DNA of 32,000 nt from Sulfolobus acidocaldarius DSM 639 (GTDB taxonomy: Archaea; Thermoproteota; Thermoprotei_A; Sulfolobales; Sulfolobaceae): assembly GCF_000012285.1 (NCBI RefSeq), contig NC_007181.1, positions 2,100,001-2,132,000 of the forward strand. Direction: 5' to 3'. Of this stretch, positions 26,779 through 32,000 are shown piece after piece. Numbering within the stretch: position 1 is the first letter of the stretch; every line of letters begins with the position of its first letter. The translations under genes were made by a program, and so were the position numbers. Below the pieces are notes generated by a model, which saw only the letters and a program-made list of their open reading frames with translations, did no database searches and was not told where the DNA came from.

Positions 26779-28113
26779 TTACCTTATTTTTTCACTTTCC
26801 TCTGTCCAATACAGATCTACTGTCCTAGTCTCAGGTCCTATCAGAGCAGCTATACCATAAATTACAGCAGCTAAAATTAGGAAGAACGCAGCGACAAACC
26901 ATGGGTCTCCTCCCTCAATACCTGCAAAATATGCTGAAAGAGGTATAGAATATATTGGCATCCAAGCTGATATAAATACTCCAGAACTATAACCGAAACC
27001 GACACCGCTAGCTCTTCTCTTCGTTATGAATCTTTCTGATAGATACACTGGCACAAGTCCCCAAGGCCACTGGGTTAACCAACCTATCAAGAAGGAACCG
27101 AGGAATAATAACCCTACATCGTTTGCTTTAGCAGCATTGTACCATAAATAGAAAGAGGGTGTAGCTAAAATTATAGTTACAATTGCTGCTATTAGAAAAG
27201 CCTTCTTTCTTCCGATGAAATCTGAAGATAGACCCCATAGTGTAGCAGCTATAGCTGCAAATACACCTGCTAAAGAGTAATACAGCGACGCCTCTTGTGT
27301 AGATAGACCAGCCTTTGTGAGTATTCCAGTGGCAAAATCAAATAGTGAATAAGAGCTGAAGAATAGTCCAGTCATTAACACGAAGACATTTAAGAACGTG
27401 TATAACGTTGGTGGTCTGAACAGCGAGAAGAATGGAATTCTCTCTAGTTTCCTCTCACTTAGAGCCTTTCTGAAAACAGGAGTTTCTGGGACTAGGTATC
27501 TTATTATAAAAGCAACTGCTGCAGGAATTAGTCCAGTGAAAAAGACTAATCTCCATCCGTAGTCGCTCATCGCTTTATCTCCTAGAACTGAAATAAACAG
27601 ATAGACTATCCCTGCACCTATAGCAGTTCCCCATGAGAACGCACCTTGGGCAATACCACTTACTAGTCCTCTCCATTTACTTGGTGCATATTCTATAGCG
27701 AAAGGATGTCCTACAGCATATTCTCCTCCTACAAATATTCCCTCTATGAATCTTAACACTGCGTATAAAATTGAGGCAGCTATTCCTATTGCAGCATATG
27801 TGGGTAAAAGTCCAATTAACGCGCTAAACACTGAAAAACCTATTATAGTTATCATTAATGTCCTTCTTCTACCCCATACGTCACCGAAGTTACCGAATAT
27901 TGCGCTTCCTAAAGGCCTTCCGATCAGAGTAAGTCCTAATCCTAATGCTAAAGTCACGAAATATCCTACAAGGCCTGTTAAACCTGGTGGTACTAGGTTT
28001 TTCTCTATATATGGTGTTAGGGCTGATACGAATAGTAGATCATAGGCGTCTAGCATGAATCCTAAAAACTGGGAAGTTAGGGCAAGCTTTGCTTCTCTTG
28101 TCCAGCTTTCCAT
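26779..28113 (-). CDS. MFS transporter (metabolite:H+ symporter-like)
   Basis: 444 aa with about 12 TM helices and MFS motif A in the TM2-3 loop (GNFGDVWGRRRTLMI). Confidence 0.85.
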   Translation of the reverse strand: MESWTREAKLALTSQFLGFMLDAYDLLFVSALTPYIEKNLVPPGLTGLVGYFVTLALGLGLTLIGRPLGSAIFGNFGDVWGRRRTLMITIIGFSVFSALIGLLPTYAAIGIAASILYAVLRFIEGIFVGGEYAVGHPFAIEYAPSKWRGLVSGIAQGAFSWGTAIGAGIVYLFISVLGDKAMSDYGWRLVFFTGLIPAAVAFIIRYLVPETPVFRKALSERKLERIPFFSLFRPPTLYTFLNVFVLMTGLFFSSYSLFDFATGILTKAGLSTQEASLYYSLAGVFAAIAATLWGLSSDFIGRKKAFLIAAIVTIILATPSFYLWYNAAKANDVGLLFLGSFLIGWLTQWPWGLVPVYLSERFITKRRASGVGFGYSSGVFISAWMPIYSIPLSAYFAGIEGGDPWFVAAFFLILAAVIYGIAALIGPETRTVDLYWTEESEKIR

Positions 28114-28234
28114 ATGATAGATTAATATAACCAGTTAATAAATTGAATGTTAGAAAAAGGAAGTCTATTGTTTAAAATTTTTGTCTAAAATACGTATGGT
28201 TTGAAAACTGGTCAAATTTTATATTGGATTAAGT

Positions 28235-28807
28235 TTATAGTAAGCTATTCCAAAATTGTAACTCATAAAATTGTATTATTGTAGATATTTCTTTATATCT
28301 ACCTAAATACCTTGAAACTATGGTCTCCACTTTGTTATCGTCGATTTCAACTCTTCCAAAGAGATCAAGAAACCTGACATCAGCTTTACCTCTAAAAGCA
28401 TTAGCAAGCCTTCTGCAATTTTCCGCCCAAACCGGAAGATTGACTGTCAATGCAACAGCTTGCTCTCCGGAATTTCCATAGTTTGCCAACCATGATAGGT
28501 AATGCGTATAAGATATGGCAGTGGGAAGTGGTGAGTAGGTTTTCTTTGCTACTTCTCTAAGTATTTTTAGACCTTCATAATCACCTTGAAGAGTTGAAAG
28601 GAAGAAGTCTAGCTCGTCCTGCTGATTAGCCCTACTTACCATGATCGCTAGTGATCGCAGATCGTAATTTACGATATACCATTGTTGGTCATAAAACAAC
28701 TCGAGTTTACTTAATGGTAAATCTCCACTTTCTGCCCTCAGTATAAAGGGATGATTTAATATTTTTTCGTTTAAATTACTTAACTCCTGTCTTAACTCCT
28801 TTAACAT
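28235..28807 (-). CDS. TenA/PqqC-like heme-oxygenase-fold protein
   Basis: 190 aa. The N-terminal pattern NHPFILRAESGDLPLSKLELFYDQQWYIV matches the TenA/THI-4/PqqC family signature (HPF...G.L....F..Y..Q). All-helical composition. The function is not assignable. Confidence 0.55.
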   Translation of the reverse strand: MLKELRQELSNLNEKILNHPFILRAESGDLPLSKLELFYDQQWYIVNYDLRSLAIMVSRANQQDELDFFLSTLQGDYEGLKILREVAKKTYSPLPTAISYTHYLSWLANYGNSGEQAVALTVNLPVWAENCRRLANAFRGKADVRFLDLFGRVEIDDNKVETIVSRYLGRYKEISTIIQFYELQFWNSLL

Positions 28808-28846
28808 ATAAAATTAGATAAGGGGGAGAAATTTAAACAGTTTTCC

Positions 28847-29329
<483 letters not shown>

Positions 29330-29496
29330 TTACAATTTGGGTTTAAATACTTATCCACTATGTATAAACATGGAAACTAAAGTATAATTATTTGAAAACT
29401 GTACTATAGATTACGTATTCTAAATTCAACTTTTTATTATAATAAGGAGTAAAACAAACACAAAGGTTAAATTTAGAAGTATTTTTTAAAAAAATT

Positions 29497-30240
29497 TTAT
29501 CTTCCTTTATACTTGGGCTCACGTTTTTCTATGAATGATTGAACTCCTTCCTTGAAGTCCTCAGTCTTACCCAATTCACTTTGTAATAATGCTTCGTACT
29601 CGAGAAAATCATCCATGTCCTCAAATAATATCTTATTCACCATCTTCTTTCCTGCCACATAAGTTAAGAACGGACCTGCAGAAATTCTTTGAGCTAGCTT
29701 AACAGCGTCTGACAGGGGATCCTCAGATATTTTTACCAACCCCCACTTTTCAGCATCTTCTGCTGTAAATTCCCCTCCTAGAATTAATAGGTCGTACGAC
29801 TTCACGCCGACTAGTTTAGCTAAAAAGTAAGCTACACCTGTATCTGAGGTAAGACCAATTCTCTGGAAAGCTGTCACAAACTTTACATCTTTTCTACTTA
29901 TCCTGAAATCTGTAGAGAGTACTATTCCTAAACATGCACCAGCAACAACTCCGTTAATAGCAGAAATATACAATTTATTTGGATTTCTTATTTCCTTAAT
30001 AATAGGTTGGAAGGTATACTTGAGGTCAGCGTAAATGTCCTCAACCATCTCACTTAAATCAGCTCCTACACAAAATCCCCTACCTTCTCCAGTCAGAATC
30101 ACTGACTTAACAGTAGGATCAGCGTTTAATTTTCTTAATATCGATATCATATCATTCCTTGTTTTTAGGTTAAGTGCATTCAATTTTTCAGGTCTATCGA
30201 ACTTTACTATTGCATAACCATCTTTGTTCTCAACTATCAT
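29497..30240 (-). CDS. Enoyl-CoA hydratase/isomerase (crotonase) family protein
   Basis: Crotonase oxyanion-hole segments GEGRGFCVGADLSEM and INGVVAGACLGIVLSTDF. The ATG at 30240 forms an ATGA overlap with the stop of the upstream paralogue. The track start at 30249 is GTG. Confidence 0.85.
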   Translation of the reverse strand: MIVENKDGYAIVKFDRPEKLNALNLKTRNDMISILRKLNADPTVKSVILTGEGRGFCVGADLSEMVEDIYADLKYTFQPIIKEIRNPNKLYISAINGVVAGACLGIVLSTDFRISRKDVKFVTAFQRIGLTSDTGVAYFLAKLVGVKSYDLLILGGEFTAEDAEKWGLVKISEDPLSDAVKLAQRISAGPFLTYVAGKKMVNKILFEDMDDFLEYEALLQSELGKTEDFKEGVQSFIEKREPKYKGR

Positions 30241-31007
30241 TCTTCCCACCTGGGTTTTCTCTTTTCTAGGAACGCCTTCATACCCTCTTTAGCTTCTTCG
30301 CTAGCTAGAGCTACATAAAAGTTTCTCCTCTCTATGTCTAAACCCTGTTGAAGATTAGTCTCTAATGCTCTATTTACAGCTTCCTTTGCTAAAATTAAGG
30401 AGAATAAGGGCTTTGAGGCTATTTCATTAGCTAATCTAATAGCCTCATCTATCAGTGAACCGTCTGGAACAACCTTAACCACTAATCCCATATCTTTAGC
30501 CTCCTTGGCAGAAATGAGTTCACCAGTTAGTACCATCTTCATTGCGTTATACTTTCCTACTGTTCTAGTCAATCTCTGTGTACCACCTGCACCAGGGATT
30601 ATACCCAGGTTAATTTCAGGCTGACCAAATTTAGCTGATTCAGATGCAATGATTATATCACAAGCCATAGCAAGTTCGAGTCCTCCACCTGCTGCCACAC
30701 CATTAACAGCAGCTATTACAGGTTTCTTAAAAGCCCTCATTTTCTCCCATAAAGGCATATGACCTTTAAGTACAATTTCTTTTAAAGGAGTGTCGACCAT
30801 TTCTTTTACATCTGCACCAGCTGAAAAAGCTTTACCTTCTCCTGTAATTATCACAACTTTTACTGGAGACTTCTCCAGTTCGTCAAGAGCGTTAACTAGA
30901 TCATCCACCATTTTAAAGTTTATTGCATTGAGCCTGTCAGGTCTATTTAATTTTATGATACCAATCTTTTTATCCTTCGTCTCGAGCTTTATTGTCTCGT
31001 ACATCAA
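30237..31007 (-). CDS. Enoyl-CoA hydratase (crotonase)
   Basis: 256 aa with the canonical motifs GEGKAFSAGADVKEM and VNGVAAGGGLELAMACD, and catalytic Glu contexts (GQPEINLG). Confidence 0.9.
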   Translation of the reverse strand: MMYETIKLETKDKKIGIIKLNRPDRLNAINFKMVDDLVNALDELEKSPVKVVIITGEGKAFSAGADVKEMVDTPLKEIVLKGHMPLWEKMRAFKKPVIAAVNGVAAGGGLELAMACDIIIASESAKFGQPEINLGIIPGAGGTQRLTRTVGKYNAMKMVLTGELISAKEAKDMGLVVKVVPDGSLIDEAIRLANEIASKPLFSLILAKEAVNRALETNLQQGLDIERRNFYVALASEEAKEGMKAFLEKRKPRWEE

Positions 31008-31046
31008 TATTTAAGCTACCTACAAAAATAAAAATTCATAACAAAA

Positions 31047-32000
31047 TTATGATGATAATTTCCTTATGTCAAAGGATTCGTCCTTCAGCTTATCTACCTT
31101 ACTCTTTATGTCTACCTTATCTTGAATTAACTTATTTATAGCCTCTAATTCACTCATATCTCTGTTGAATGCAACATAACCTATAACTAACCCTCCTTTA
31201 ACATAAATTACATTCAAGGATTTCTTGTCAAAATTACCCCTCATAACATAGTCATCATACCCAGTTGTCTCCCCACCAGACTCTATATGGAGGTCAAATA
31301 TATCGGACCAAACTGTAGACAAAAAGTTATAACTCTCATTTTGACCCATCATATTTCTCGCAGCTAATTGACCAGTATAATATGCGTTATTCCAGTGTTC
31401 TATCCTCCTCCTTTTTCCTGAGACTGGATCAAGAATATTAGCTACATCTCCAGCAACATAAATGTCTTCCTTAGCTTTTAGATGTTCGTCTACTAATATT
31501 CCGTTGTTAACTTGTAATTCGTTAGCTATCTCGACATTAGGGCTTATACCTACAGCCACGAGAACCATGCTACTCTCAATTTTCTTTCCACCAGACGTTA
31601 TTACACTATTAACCCTTTGGCTTCCTTCGAACTCCTTAACACCTTCGTTCAGAAGGAAAGTCACACCCTTATTCTCAAAGTACTTCCGTACCATTTCAGA
31701 AACTTTTTCATCCACAAACGTACTCCATATGAAAGGCTTTACCTCTATTACCACAGGCTCAAAACCTAGGCTCCTGAGACTAGCGGCTACCTCAACACCT
31801 ATGAAGCCTGCCCCAACAATTACTGGCTTTTTACCGTGTTTCAAATCCTCCTTAATTGAATCTGCATCACTTAAAGTTCTAAGATAATGAACTCCATTAA
31901 GATTCTCGCCATGGATACCAAGTTTCCTAGGCTTTCCCCCTGTTGTTATGAGCAATTTATCAAAGTTCAGTGTTTGTCCTGTGGAGAGTGTTAAAAACTT
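31047..32000 (-). CDS. FAD-dependent pyridine nucleotide-disulfide oxidoreductase, ferredoxin/rubredoxin reductase-like (5' end outside the window)
   Basis: NAD(P)-binding site KPVIVGAGFIGVEVAASL, plus YVAGDVA, EHWNNAYYTGQLAARNM and a reductase C-terminal dimerisation-like domain. The frame stays open to position 32000 (…KFLTLSTGQTLNFDKLLITTGGKPRKL), so the TTG at 31955 is not the real start. Confidence 0.8.
   Translation of the reverse strand, partial: KFLTLSTGQTLNFDKLLITTGGKPRKLGIHGENLNGVHYLRTLSDADSIKEDLKHGKKPVIVGAGFIGVEVAASLRSLGFEPVVIEVKPFIWSTFVDEKVSEMVRKYFENKGVTFLLNEGVKEFEGSQRVNSVITSGGKKIESSMVLVAVGISPNVEIANELQVNNGILVDEHLKAKEDIYVAGDVANILDPVSGKRRRIEHWNNAYYTGQLAARNMMGQNESYNFLSTVWSDIFDLHIESGGETTGYDDYVMRGNFDKKSLNVIYVKGGLVIGYVAFNRDMSELEAINKLIQDKVDIKSKVDKLKDESFDIRKLSS

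Noticed and set aside
30035-31887. Plus-strand ORFs 30035..30217, 30790..31014 and 31462..31887
   Set aside because: They are antisense to the crotonases and the FAD reductase. The 141-aa one is long only because of codon bias in the real minus-strand gene.

Overview
The window is a gene-dense, AT-rich crenarchaeal chromosome segment of Sulfolobaceae type. TATA-like boxes sit about 26-28 nt before many first-gene ATGs (leaderless-looking), GGTGA/GGAGG Shine-Dalgarno sites precede internal operon genes, and the secreted protein is rich in N-x-S/T sequons. Left third: the complete SoxM terminal quinol-oxidase cluster, with soxF-G-H-I on the minus strand and soxE and soxM on the plus strand, the gene set published for Sulfolobus acidocaldarius. 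I cannot confirm the species. Middle: a rhodanese-wHTH bicistron diverges from an atypical SelD-like (PurM-superfamily) gene that lies just upstream of a three-subunit CoxLMS/CutABC-type molybdenum hydroxylase. After that come a translationally coupled sulerythrin-type rubrerythrin / CCG-domain Fe-S oxidoreductase / DUF3501 triad, a degenerate and apparently frameshifted CorA-like gene, and a second orphan PurM-like gene. Right third: a 1281-aa membrane-anchored S53 (sedolisin) protease with a long repeat-rich C-terminal extension, a PfpI/DJ-1 protease, two unknown membrane proteins, a TPP enzyme, an MFS transporter, a TenA-like protein, a Pat-like GNAT, two tandem crotonases and a partial FAD reductase. 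I saw no tRNA/rRNA, CRISPR array, IS/transposase/integrase or recognisable defence system. The best candidates for under-described biology are (1) the rhodanese + SelD-like module next to the Mo hydroxylase, (2) the rubrerythrin/HdrD-like/DUF3501 triad and its DUF3501 gene lacking a start codon one frame off the upstream ORF, and (3) the giant surface-tethered sedolisin. All family calls rest on motifs read by eye. No searches were run.
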